This document shows, in pieces, positions 1 to 12,081 of a stretch of DNA of 64,000 nucleotides. This DNA comes from Octopus vulgaris (taxonomy: Eukaryota). The position numbers were made by a program, and so were the translations under genes. The stretch spans positions 40,920,001 to 40,984,000 of the forward strand of contig OX597816.1 of the NCBI GenBank assembly GCA_951406725.2, in the 5' to 3' direction. Positions within the stretch are counted from its first letter, which is position 1, and every line of letters begins with the position of its first letter. The notes below the pieces were generated by a model. It worked only from the letters and a program-made list of their open reading frames with translations. It was not told where the DNA came from and did no database searches.

Positions 1-262
1 CAAAGGGAAGCCATCATTTCCGTCTTCAACCTATGATAGACATGGACTCGAGTTTAAATATAGTAAATCCCCCACAAAACACGAAGAACAAACACAAGAA
101 AAAATACACAACGCGAGGACGTGGTACGTGCAAAATACTCAGGGTAGGAAAGAAAGGTGGTTTTACGTTTCGAGCAATGCTATTCTTCAGAAACAAGACA
201 CAGAGGAAAGTCCAAGGGAAAAGGAAGACAGAGGGAAAAAATCGCCAACGATTCACATGTGG
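1..262 (-). mobile_element. Penelope-like terminal-repeat (pLTR) fragment with minimal hammerhead
   Basis: Similar to 17605-17800 (caagaaaaatacacaac..aggac.tgg...acgtttcgagc..gct..ttc.tcagaaaca..ggaaagtccaag). The first ~55 nt (+) resemble a decayed PLE C-terminal 'FRLQ..HGL' motif. Confidence 0.6.
160..194 (-). ncRNA. Minimal type I hammerhead ribozyme
   Basis: Minus strand: GUUU CUGAAGA au AGC auu GCU c GAAAC GUA AAAC. Stem I GUUU/AAAC, self-complementary ACGU stem III, GUA cleavage triplet. Confidence 0.65.
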
Positions 263-290
263 TTACAATTTGAACTGACCGGAAGGGTAT

Positions 291-522
291 GGGTCGAGCT
301 GGCAGAATCGTTAGCACGCCGGGCGAAATGCGTAGCCGTATTTCGTCTGCCTTTACGTTCTGAGTTCAAATTCCGCCGAGGTCGACTTTGCCTTCCATCC
401 TTTCGGGGTCGATAAATTAAGTACCAGTTACGCACTGGGTCGATGTAATCGACTTAATACCTATGTCTGTCCTTGTTTGTCCCCTCTATGTTTAGCCCCT
501 TGTGGGTAATAAAGAAATAGGT
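291..522 (+). mobile_element. tRNA-derived SINE, family C (octopus OK-SINE-like)
   Basis: A-box-like tggcagaatcgttag and B-box-like gagttcaaattcc; second copy inverted at 798-1030. Confidence 0.8.
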
Positions 523-797
523 ATGGGTAAAGAAAAGGGTCTGTCTAATGCAGGGCAGTGTAAAAGAAGGAGGTATGTTTGTGTATGTGTGCGTGTGTGC
601 GTGCACGCAAGTCTGTGTGTATGTGTATGTTTGTGTATGAGTTGTGTGTGTAGTGTTTGTGTGGTGTTTGCTATTTATACGCGTATGTGTCAGTGAACTT
701 TGTGTATCTTAATGCTGTAGGAAGAATTAAGCGGCGTGGTAACAGGAGTGGCTGTCCTTTGTGTAGTTGTGCGCTTTTCAAATGCGCACAGAGGAAT

Positions 798-1030
798 GTA
801 TTTCTTTACTGCGCACAAGGGTCTAAACATAGAGGGGACAAACAAGGACAGACAAAGGGTTTTAAGTCGATTACATCGACCCCAGTGGGAAATTGGTACT
901 TTATTTATCGACCCCGAAAGGATGAAAGGCAAAGTCGACCTCGGCGGAATTTGAACTCAGAACCTAACGACAGACGAAATACGGCTACGCATTTCGCACG
1001 GCGTGCTAAGGTTTCTGTCAGCTCGCCGGT
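798..1030 (-). mobile_element. tRNA-derived SINE, family C
   Basis: Diverged reverse complement of 291-522 (aaaggcaaagtcgacctcggcggaatttgaactcagaac). Confidence 0.8.
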
Positions 1031-1064
1031 CAGTGGAAAGGTGCTTGACTGACCATTTGAAGTA

Positions 1065-1915
1065 TATGTGTGCGTGTATGTATATATTGTGTGTTTTGTG
1101 TGTGGTGTGTGCGTGCGTCTGTGTGAGTGTTGGTGCGTGTATGTATACGTATGTGTATGTGCGTGTGTATATCTGTGTGTGTGTTGGGGTTGTGTGTGTA
1201 AAGTTATATGTGCTTTCCTCTGAATTTGTGTGCGTGTGTATGCCCATGTATGTGTAATTGTGTGTGTGTATGTATGAGTGTGTGTTGCGTGTAAGCGAAG
1301 TATGTGTGCATTCCTGTGCGTGTGCGCTTGTGTGTATGATTGTGTGTATGTATATGTGTGTGTGCGTGTGCGCGCTTGCTTGTGTGTTAGGTATGTGTGC
1401 ATTCCTGTGCATTTGTTCACGTGTGTAGATGTGTATGTGCATGTGTGCTTGTGTGTGTATGTGCGCGTATTGGTGTGCTTGTGCGTAAGTGTGACCTGTG
1501 TGCGCATGCATGTGTGTGTGTTGTGTGTGTGCATGTATGGGCGTGTTGTGTGTGCGTGGTGTGTCGAGAGGTATATGGGCATTCATATGTGTGCGCGTGC
1601 GTGCATGTTTGTGAATGTATGCGTGTGTGTATGTGTGTGTATGAGCGTGTGTGTATGTGAGTGTGTGCGTGGGGTTTTGTTTGTGGAGGTATACGTGCGT
1701 GTTATGTGCGTGCGTGTATGCGTGTGCGTGTGTGTTTATGTGCGTGTGCTTGCATACATGTGTGTGTATGCGTTTGCATGTCTGTGCGTTGTGTGTATGT
1801 GTGTAATATTTGTGGGATGTATATGTGAGGTGTATGTGCGTTCATGTGTGTGCGCGTCCGTGTATGTGTGCGTGTGTGTGTATACGTACGTGTGTGTATG
1901 TATGTGTGCTTGTAT
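1065..1915. repeat. Degenerate (TG)n-rich low-complexity tract
   Basis: About 850 bp of interrupted TG/TA/CG dinucleotides; source of the His/Thr and Cys/Val ORFs. Confidence 0.95.
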
Positions 1916-2021
1916 TCAGAAATAAAATAAAATATAATAAAATAAGAACGATGGAAAATGGGAAAAACGGGGGAAGGGTACAATTGAAAAAATAAATAAA
2001 ATATGCAGAAAATAAATAGTA

Positions 2022-2900
2022 GTTACGGAGATGTACTTGCATAGCAAATGATTTGATCTGAGATCGTGTGCTGGAACGAAAACAATTGCAGCGTGGAAGG
2101 TGTTTGTAAGTCATTTAAGAAACACACAAAAGCCGTTCGATTCACTTCAACATTTAAGTTTAATCTGTCAAAATATTTTCGTCGCTATAAGACTGCGACC
2201 TGTTCACTGACAAAAATCCGTGCTGCAAATAGTAGTTAAAAAAAAGAAATAACAGATCATAAATTAAAAAATTAAAATCAAAAGGATAAAATAGAAATTT
2301 ATACAATTATAAAAAAAAATTAATACAATTAAAAAAGTTTAAAAAAATCGACGGAAAAAAACGATAAAAAACTGTAAAAAAAGTACGTAGGTATAAGAGA
2401 AGATACAGTAAAAAAAAAGTTGCCTTTTTAAGGAGGGTGTAGCGACAGTTGTTAAGAGGAGGGGATTTCGTTGAGTCCGAAAGGAGTCTGTGTTTGTAGA
2501 CAGAAAATATAACGCTGTTCCAGGTGGTGTCTGGAGTGTATGGATCCGTGGTGCAGAGCGTGGCCAAAAATCGGAGATATTAGAGGTGGTGTGGTTGGCC
2601 AAGCGGAAATGACGGGCAACGAGGGTGATCGTGCGCAGCCGAACATTTGGTAGGTATTCGGTGGATCGGTCGACCAGCCGGCGGCCCGTCTGACAAACGT
2701 AGAGTTTATTGCAGAGACTGCATCTAATGCAGTAGACAAGGTTTGAAGAAGTGCAAGACAAAGAGTTTCTAATGTGGAGGGTGTACTGGTTGGATCCAGT
2801 GAGAGAGCTGGTGTTGGTGATGAAAGGGCAGGTGTGACAGCGGGATCTAGAGCAAAGGAAGTATCCAGGTGGGACTGGGAGGGAAGAAAGGAGGTGCATT
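2022..2900 (-). mobile_element. Penelope-like element 3' part: frameshifted GIY-YIG endonuclease plus pLTR
   Basis: CSRSRCHTCPFI...SCTSSNLVYCIRCSLCNKLYVCQTGRRL..R..E...VARHF...H, and in another frame LEQRYIFCLQTQTPFGLN: PLE CCHH linker and GIY-YIG. The downstream 2022-2215 recurs at 35167-35495. Confidence 0.85.
2164..2214 (-). ncRNA. Type I hammerhead with G3:C8 core variant
   Basis: UGUCA GUGAACA g GUCGC agucuuaua GCGAC GAAA AUAUU U UGACA. Confidence 0.6.
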
Positions 2901-3369
2901 AGAGATCTATACAAATCAAATTTTAAATATAAAAAAGATGGAGGTAGATATTGCACAGAATTAAGTCATTAAGGCATTTCAGTTTAAGAGGGAATTTAAT
3001 AAAAGATTATATAAATAAAAAAAAATATATTAATATTACCGATTTCGATGTATTTCATTTTATCAAATATTAGTACAAGTTTATAAAATTTGGAAATTTT
3101 GACGTAAAAGCAGTCTGTCTGCTGTCTGGTGGTCAAGAACATGTCTGAGGATTTTTCGCTCAAGTTTTCTTTAAATATAGTTTGGTGTAGAGTTCAACGT
3201 GTGAGAAGGTGAGTGAACGGGTATCTATTGTCTAAAAGAAGTCTTTGTGTATTCCTGTCAAGGGAGTGGCTAAAGAGTATTTATTGAATGGGTTTTATGT
3301 CCACCTGTGTGTGTGTGTGTGTGTGGGGGGGTGATATGTTTTCCTACGTTACGGGAAGGAAAATACACC

Positions 3370-3622
3370 AACTCATTTTGTCAAGCGGTGATATGAGGTG
3401 AGGCAAATAAAGACACAAAAACTCATACAAACACAGATATATATATATATATATATATACGACGGGGTTGTTTCATTTTCCGCCCACTAAAGCTCCCCAC
3501 GAGGCGTTGGTCAGCCTGAGGCTATAGCAGGAGACACTTGCCCAAGGTGGTATGCAGTGGAACTGAACCCGGAAGCATTTCGTTGGGACGCAAGCTTCTT
3601 ACCACACAGCTACGCCTGCGCC
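3370..3622 (-). mobile_element. SINE family A, decayed partial copy
   Basis: Reverse complement of the ggcgcaggcgtagctgtgtggtaagaagcttg head and ccttgggcaagtgtct body. Confidence 0.75.
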
Positions 3623-4858
3623 GATAGTTATAATTTTTTTCTCTTTGGCGATGCACCAGTATGGCCGCAGCAAAATGAATGAAGCAAGTAAAAGAATAAA
3701 AGAAATAAAGAATACACGTGTCTCTAATTTATGCCTAATATTAAATAAAATTTACTTTCAATCAAATTTTTGTAGATTAATGAGAGTATATGCAACTACA
3801 ATGTCGTGTATTGTAGTTGCGAAAGAACAGTTCTGTATTTAGCAAATTATCTGCAAATAATATTTTGAGTACCCTTAATATACATCTTGTACGTTGCCAC
3901 CTATTTGTTTTATATAGAGCGGAGCAGTATGTATAATTAGCCATTTTGTAATAAATGTTATTAGAATATTAAAGACGCAATCTGCTAAAGATGTTCAATG
4001 TATTTAATTTTTCATTAATCTAAAATTATGTTGTTAGACACGAAATCGCAATTTAAAATTATGAGTTATGTTGTGTTGGTGTTTACACCACACATTAACC
4101 ATTTTCTTCTTAAGTAATTTACATAAGGAGATATTTAGTAGCTATTCTACACTTGCAATATTCGTAGATAACTTATTTTAAGCCGATGTATGACATCTTG
4201 GATTTCATAATCTGCGTCATATTATGGTATTTCTATCACCATAGGAGTTAAGGAAAAATAATCGTTATCGATATTCGCGCACTTATTAGCTAAGCATGTA
4301 TTTATGTTAATAGTATTCCTATTCTGCTCAACTAAAAGCGGGGATCTACTGGTTCTATTGTAGCTCGTATTACTAATTCTACTGTTTATGAAATGAAGGT
4401 CTGTTACACTTCATCCTAAAACGGAATTAATAATAACATTATATAGAAGAAATGAGAAGTATTTCTTTAATTTCAATTGTTTTTATACAAAGTACTCTTA
4501 CTTTCAGAATATTTAGTATATGTTTCACTAATAACACTCCTATTTATTTTTATATTTCAGTGGATATTCTTACAAGAGCGTTAGCTGTGTCTTCCAGATA
4601 ATAGTTATTAAAGTATGCGAAGATTTTTCAGCTAATAGAGAAGTTAGCATTTTCCGCTAAGTTTCGTGTTGTTGAGCAATAAATAACAAACACGCCTAGA
4701 TACACACATGCGCCTGCATGCCCGCTATACATATATATTTAAGGGTAGGTGGGTAATTATGTAAGTACATATGTAAGTGTGTACATAACCATACACACGG
4801 CCTAACCAACAATAAAATAAAACTAGAAATAATCATACATTTCGCAAAATACCGTTTT

Positions 4859-4921
<63 letters not shown>

Positions 4922-5899
4922 GTGCATATATATGTGCGTTGTGCGTTTGTGTCTATGTGTGTTTGTATCTGTGTGTGTCCACAGATACACACACATGCGG
5001 ACACAGACTCACACGCACACAAGTGTACATATATAACCTTAATGTGGACTTTAGAAATTATATTTTTATACAGATCCTGGGGAGTGGCATGGGGATAATT
5101 CCAATCTAGATTAATGTGTGTTTCGTGAATTGTAGCAAAGATTAATAGTCGTTCTACTGTAAATGTATATTCGCATGACTTAGAGCAGCATTTTATGAGT
5201 GATATGAAGCATCCGTATGAACTACAGAATGCGTGTCACCGACATTAAAATTTGTCTCGAACGTACAATTTTATAAACATTCTACATTATCTATGTGCGG
5301 TGTGTGAATTGTAATGGGTTGTTTCTTAACAAACAAATTTCCAGTTATTTGTTGTTCTGTTTGTCATATATAATTACAAAATGCAGTAACTCTCTAGTAG
5401 CCTTTATGTTTTTGATTATATTTACCACTCTTACACGCCAGTTATTGCAATTCATGCAATATGCAAAACGCTTTCTATCTGACTCCTTCTTGACATTTGT
5501 TTTCCTTTGAGAGTAAACAAAATATTTTAGGATGTGTTAGTGTGATGTGGATAACTATTCCATTATCAAATAAGAAGCGAATTGTTTTACAGTGAATCTC
5601 ACACTGAACAATATCTCTCTGTATAAAGAATACATTCATTTAACCTTACATCTAGTAGTATTCAACACGTGAACCAGAGAAAGACAAAACAACACAACAG
5701 AAACAGAGTAAATATGATACAAGAAGAGGCAATGATAAAAGAATATAACTGCATAAATGTGAAAGGAAGCGGTGAGAGTAGTTAACTATTAACATTTCTT
5801 AAAATAATAAGTTTCAAACATAGAAGTAATGGCAAGAAACGAATAATTTATTATAGTGCTAGAGATAAGAAAGTTAGCTCGCCGGCAGGTTACTTAATT

Positions 5900-6238
5900 C
5901 CATGTACTTAGATAAACTTACATAAACTTAGATGTGTTTCGACCAATGATTGGTCCAGGCCATGTCTAACTTAATAGCACCACCTGATAGGATTATTTGA
6001 ATCCTGTTTAAGTCAAGTTTTGCTTATGGTCCATTCAAGTAGTGAGTTTTTGTTGGGTGAGTTGTATCCAATTATGGGTGGCTTATCTGGTATTCCTTGA
6101 AGGAATCTATCCAGACTCCGTTTAAAGTTGATGGGATCCTATTCCTCTTTGATCTCTTTCGGGACAATGTTAAATAGGGCAGGGCCTGTTGAGGAAAAGA
6201 AATTATGTTGTAGTGTATATGTATGCTGTGATCTTGAA
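5900..6238 (-). mobile_element. CR1-like LINE 3' end remnant
   Basis: Minus translation NFFSSTGPALFNIVPKEIKEE*DPINFKRSLDRFLQGIPDKPPIIGYNSPNKNSLLEW, then a short UTR and an aagtttatct-like tail. Confidence 0.7.
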
Positions 6239-6717
6239 TTTAGATAAACTTAGATTGTACTTGCATAAAAAGATCTTAAAGAATTACGGTCGTATTGCCT
6301 GGACAGTGATACCATCAAATATAAACACGTCTATAACAGGACTTAGGTCTGACGTCAAGCCATAAGGGGATTTGTGATTTTCAAGTACGCTGTAGAATAT
6401 AGACGGGGATAGGATATATTAATTAATTAATCATAAGAGTCAAATACAAAGGGAACAGCAATATGATAACAGCCCTAATGATATTAATAAAGTAATAATA
6501 ATGTGTAATATTATCAAAATGCAATAAATGTGTGCAACCTAAACACACTGTGACGCATGCATTCTAACTATGAATAACGTTGCCAAGAAACAGGGAAATA
6601 TTTCTCCACTACTCCACCATCTTTATAACTATATCATTACTTTCATTAAACCACCAGAGTCTCATACTTCATTCTCGTTGTATGCTGTATGATATTTAAA
6701 TATACATAGTGTACATA

Positions 6718-6721
<4 letters not shown>

Positions 6722-6792
<71 letters not shown>

Positions 6793-6815
6793 ATATATAT
6801 TTGTGTATATAAATA

Positions 6816-6869
<54 letters not shown>

Positions 6870-6960
6870 CATGTACCTATATATATAATGTATACCTAGA
6901 TATATACATATACATACATAACGTATATATATATACATGTATACACGCACACACACACAG

Positions 6961-7017
<57 letters not shown>
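6722..7017. repeat. Compound (TA)n/(TG)n/(CA)n microsatellite
   Basis: Direct inspection. Confidence 0.95.
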
Positions 7018-7020
<3 letters not shown>

Positions 7021-7138
7021 GAGTAAACACATAAATGTGAAACGAGGTGGAAAAAAGAGTACTCAAATACCAGGGGTAGGGTAATATGCTTTATTTAATA
7101 GCAGCATAAATTCCGAGCGTCGGACAGATTTGTTTTTT

Positions 7139-7191
7139 AACAAAACTGTCCGACGAACGGGAACGTGAAACTCCGAGTAACAGGTTTTGTT
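7139..7191 (+). ncRNA. Type I hammerhead, U4C core variant
   Basis: AACAAAA CUGU CCGACGA ACG ggaa CGU GAAACU ccg AGU A ACAG g UUUUGUU. All three stems pair; predicted cleavage after 7179. Lies in a ~215-bp insert flanked by (TA)n. Confidence 0.75.
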
Positions 7192-7231
7192 GAATTTCTG
7201 CTGCTTTTAAATAAAGTATACATAAATATAA

Positions 7232-7306
<75 letters not shown>

Positions 7307-8059
7307 ACACACACAGACACATATCTATGTAATGAATAAGGAGAATGGTTCAACCTCAAAATTTCGTTTTATTTTACGGTATATCGTACAACATATTTCT
7401 ATGGTTATGTCGACCTACATGCGTTTCTACTGTACAGAATATGAGCAATTACACCTTCGTTCAGAGACTTTTAACCAGCTTGCAGAGCTTTCCACAGGTA
7501 ACACTTTTGCCTCCCTAAGTTGTTTGCAAATAATCAACATTCACACACATGGAAAAACGTAGAAATTTTAATACAGGAAAGACATCACGATAATTCTATC
7601 TGAATTATTTCTTTATACTGTTTAAAATCCATGGTTGAGACATATGTACATTGCTCATATATAATAAAACAGTTTTAGCAAGCATATAAATCCCAGAGTG
7701 AGAGATTGGAAGACAGAATGAAACCCAGTAAGTAAATGTTTGATCAGCAAAAGGAAGATAGTGAAGGAATAGGCAAATGATAAAACAAAAAAAAATGGAT
7801 TAAAGTAGTGAGAGTAGAATTGTTACTTAGTTTAGATTTGCTATATTCGCATTTGACTGATTTCTATACAGAAGTAAACACAACAGGGAGGAAACTATAT
7901 GATATACTTCGATATGATTTTGTACTTTTCAGCTACTGTTTCCACATGAGAAATCTGGAATGTTATTTATAGGTTTTATGCGCATTTATAAAACTTGTGT
8001 GTATCTGTCTGTATGTCTGTCTGTCCGTCTCTCTCTATATATACATACACACATATATA

Positions 8060-8133
<74 letters not shown>

Positions 8134-8534
8134 CATGTGCTTATACATATACGCATATACACACCTATATATGTATGTATACAAATGCATGTATATATAC
8201 ATGTGTTTCTATGTGTGTATGTGTGTGTGTGTCTATATACATAATTTCTTTTTATGTATTTATGCATTGAAAATATGCTTGTTTTGCCGTTAATTCAGTA
8301 TATATTTTTTTAATATAGATTTTACGAATGTCAGTACCCATGACATGTTAACCGATATGGGTTCATGTGTAACCACAATGATATTTCGAGACACAGTTAT
8401 ATAAGAGACGCATGTATTTCTAAATTTATTTAGAAGACATCTTCTCGCAACGTGTGACTCTCTAATCGTGTACAACACCGTGTATAACCATATAAAGAAC
8501 TGATATAAATATCAAAATATGTGTGTTTTCTTTT

Positions 8535-8760
8535 AATTTGTTATCTTTTTATATGTTTCAGTCATTTAACTGCAGCCATGATGGAGCAATCCCTTCATTT
8601 GAAGAAATCGACCTCAGAACCTATTCTTTGTAAGCCTAGTACTTATTCTATCGGTATGTTTTGCCGAAACGCTAAGTTACGAGTACATATGCAGACCAAC
8701 TTCGGCAGTCAAGCGATGGTGGGAAGACAAATACAGGCACACAAACATATACATATATAT
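8535..8760 (-). mobile_element. SINE family A, 3' half
   Basis: tgtttcagtcattt.actgcagccatg...gtaagcctagtacttattctatcggt matches the reverse complement of 9190-9360. Confidence 0.8.
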
Positions 8761-8782
8761 CCCTTACTATACAACATAGACT

Positions 8783-8836
<54 letters not shown>

Positions 8837-8961
8837 CACTTTCCACACTGAAACGGCTGCAGGAATTTCACCTATACTTGGGATGTATGAATAATTTGAC
8901 CTCAGATACCTAATAGGGTTTATCATTTTATTTTTTGTTAAAAATAAACAATATTGCTTTA

Positions 8962-9375
8962 GGCGTAGGAGTGGCTGCGTGGTAAGTAGCTTGCTTACCA
9001 ACCACATGGTTCCGGGTTCAGTCCCACTGCGTGGCACCTTGGGTAAGTGTCTTCTACTATAGCCTCGGGCCGACCAAAGCCTTGTGAGTGGATTTGGTAG
9101 ACGGAAACTGAAAGAAGCCCGTCGTATATATGTATATATGTATATATATGTGTGTTTATAGGTTTGTGTGTCTGTGTTTGTCCCCCCAACACCGCTTGAC
9201 AACCGATGCTGTTGTGTTCATGTCCCCGTAACTTAGCGGTTCGGCAAAAGAGACCGATAGAATAAGTACTATTCTTACAAAGAATAAATCCTGGGCTCGA
9301 TTTGCTCGACTAAAAGGTGGTGCTCCAGCATGGCCACAGTCAAATGACTGAAACAAGTAAAAGAGTAAAAAGAGT
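8962..9375 (+). mobile_element. SINE family A, full length with TSD
   Basis: tRNA-like head (gtggctgcgtggtaag ... gggttcagtccc), internal TA/TG microsatellite, (gtaaaaga)n tail; TSD aatattgcttta / aatgttgcttta. Confidence 0.9.
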
Positions 9376-10216
9376 AATGTTGCTTTATATTTATGATTCA
9401 CTTCTTTAAAATGGTTCCTCAATGTCAACTTCCGGTATTGATGTAAAAACGGTGAAGTTTCTCATTTACTATTTTTATGTTTTCATTTCAAGTATGAATT
9501 CGCTATTTGTTAGAACTACGAAAAATTACTGAAAGAAATATTTACTAAGTTCACAAATTTTAATATTTGGTACAACGTGCTTTTATTTCATTTCATCTTT
9601 ATATCATTCATTGCTTGCAATGTTCTCTCTTCCCCCCTCTCTATCACGCGCACACTCCATGTTTGATTCCGTCATTCCAAATACCACATTAAAATGTTGC
9701 AATTCGACATGGGGCGTCCAAAAAATAAGGGCATTCTTTTGCTTGAATTCGCACGCTTCGTTAATTACCATATTTAAAAAAAAAAATTATTTACTTTCTG
9801 CGCCCTGTGTTGAGCTCTATGCATTTGTGTGTTTATGCGTGTATTTATGTATGTACGTTTGTATACATTTATGCATGTGTGTGAAAGAGAGAGAGAGAGT
9901 GAGTGAAAGGGTGTGTTGTCATGCACACGTATATACATATGCATACATAATTTTGTATCTATGTGTGCGTGTGACAGAGTGTTGTCTAAGCGGCACTCTC
10001 TCTTTTCTCTCTCTCTCTCTCTCTCTATCTAGCTCTTGTAAACATATAAAAATCCAACGAAATACATTTACTGATTTCAAAAATTGAAATAATACATTTC
10101 TAAATCTCTCAGAGAGAGTTATGCAGTAGTGATACGATAAAGTAGCTGTATAATGTCAACTTAATGTGACAGCCCCATTAAGGGAATAATACCTCAACTA
10201 GCAGGCCATACTACTC

Positions 10217-10255
10217 CAGAGTGGTGACGAGGAAAGACTCAGAGACTAGTCTCTG
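10217..10255 (+). ncRNA. Decayed hammerhead homologous to 14559-14603
   Basis: CAGA GUGGUGA c GAGG aaag ACUC a GAGA CUAGU C UCUG. Stems retained, core mutated. Confidence 0.45.
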
Positions 10256-10296
10256 AATGCAGGCTTAGCTGGGTGGAGGTGCTTATCTTCCCCTTG

Positions 10297-11051
10297 TAAT
10301 AATAATAATAATAATGAAAATATTGTATACAGTACTCAGGTGCACCACAACTTCTCAGAAAGTGCGTATAGAGTAATGCAGTAATGTACAAATGTCTGGA
10401 AAGCGAACAATGCATGAGTCAGATACATGCCTGTGTGTGTATGGAGGGGAGAAAATCAGGTGTAGTGTAGGCGAATCTCAGAAAGCATGGAAGTTTTGAA
10501 GGATGCAGTGCTCCGACAACTAACAACTGATCCCGGCAGTTTGTTCCATGCTTCAGCAACTCTCAGCGTGAAAAAATGTTTCCTAAAGTCATTGGGAGCT
10601 GTGCTGCTTTCTGATTTTGTAAATATGTCCACGGGTGTTAGATGGGTGGAGTTTGAAAAGGTGCTCAGAGTTATTGTTTGTACGATGGTTGATAATTTTA
10701 TGGGTGTCTGCCAAGTCAGCTGCCAGACGTCGGAATTTCAATCTGTCCATGCCCTGGGAAGTAAGGCGTTCAGGATATGGCAAATGCCTGATGGAGGGTA
10801 TTCTTTTGGTTGCACGTCGCTGAACGGCTTCCAGACGATTGATATCCTGGGCAAGATAGGGGGTTTCAGACCGGTGATCCAAATTCCAGGTGAGGTCTTA
10901 CCATAGCTGTATAAAGCCGCAGATAGATAGTCAGAGAGCGGCTCACGAAGGATTTCGTGAGTGAAGACAAGACACCCTCAGCCTTCTTGACAATTTTAGC
11001 GATGTGTTTTGTCCAACGCAAATCACTGTCGACAATAACACCCAGGTCACG
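10297..11051 (-). mobile_element. 5'-truncated CR1-clade LINE
   Basis: RDLGVIVDSDLRWTKHI...LYTAMVRPHLE...DINRLEAVQRRATKRIP...YPERL...TRGH; (ATT)n tail at 10297-10315. Confidence 0.9.
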
Positions 11052-11221
11052 TAAACATAAGGATACAGGAAATGAGTCAAGGCCCACAGGAAGCGTTGCT
11101 GCTTCTTAGGGCTAAATAGCAGTAGAGTTATTTCCTTATGATCCTGTCACATTAAGTTGTCAGTATACAACTACTTTATCGTATCACTACTGTATAAATC
11201 TCCCTGAGAGATTTAGAAATG

Positions 11222-11279
<58 letters not shown>

Positions 11280-11284
<5 letters not shown>

Positions 11285-11590
11285 CAAACTACTAGATCCA
11301 CTAAAGCACTATACTTAATGACTTACAAATTTTCATCAATGGCTCTTAACGCCTAGGGTTAAATTCATCTTTATAATAAAAACCGCTGACGTCATGTGTG
11401 ATCATTCGTCTTTTGGTTTCCATGTGGCACGATTACAATTTTTTTAGGGTGTGTAAAGAGGGAAATAACCCCCATCTGCAATTTTGATGAAATTCCAAAC
11501 ATAGATATTCCAGTTCATTCAGAAAATATAACAGAACAATCTAATACTTCAATTGAATGTAACCGGGTAACGCCGGGTATCTCTGCTAAT
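11280..11590 (+). mobile_element. Probable non-autonomous Helitron
   Basis: 3' GC hairpin accgggtaacgccgggt followed by ctaat (decayed CTAG|T), similar to the end of the 59608-60332 element. Confidence 0.45.
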
Positions 11591-11703
11591 AACTTATATT
11601 GGCGTGAACTGCCGAACCTGGATTTGAACAATTTGCAGGTGTCATTGGTAACAAGAACATTGAAATTTAGATGAATGTTTTCTTTCTAGCTTATTAAAGC
11701 CTT

Positions 11704-12081
11704 GTGGAGGTGTACTTGCCCAGTGGTTAGGGCAGCAGACTTGCGGTCATAGGGTCGCGGCTTCGAAGCCAAAGATCCGGCGTTGTGAGTGTTTCTTGAG
11801 CGAAAATACCTTAAAATCTCCACGTGGCTCCAGCAGGGTATGGTCGCGAACCCTGCTGTATTCTTCCACCACAAATTTCTTTTCCTTCCTCTTTCTGTTG
11901 TACCAGTATTTCAAAGGGCCAGCCCTGTCGCAATGTGTCACGCTGAATCTCCACGAGAACTACGTTAAGGGTACGCGCGTTTTTAAACTGCTGAGCCACT
12001 TGCACGTTAATTTCCCCAGTAGGTTGTTCCGTTCATCAGATCAACTGGAACCCACGTCATCGTAACCGACTGAGTGTCACC
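11704..12081 (+). mobile_element. SINE family B (older copy) with 11-bp TSD
   Basis: tRNA-like head gcccagtggttagggcagc; TSD attaaagcctt at 11693-11703 and 12082-12092. Confidence 0.9.

Larger units (their letters stand above)
10089..11227. mobile_element. Inverted-repeat element (~390 bp) with decayed hammerhead, split by a LINE insertion
   Basis: Arms 10089-10172 and 11144-11227 are reverse complements; internal sequence is homologous to 13540-13780. Confidence 0.75.

Noticed and set aside
905-1995. Long His/Thr and Cys/Val ORFs
   Set aside because: Translations of degenerate (TG)n; the IY, YLSI and poly-N ORFs elsewhere have the same origin.
8962-9035. tRNA genes at SINE heads
   Set aside because: A/B boxes are present, but each is fused to a repeated SINE body and no clean cloverleaf is evident.
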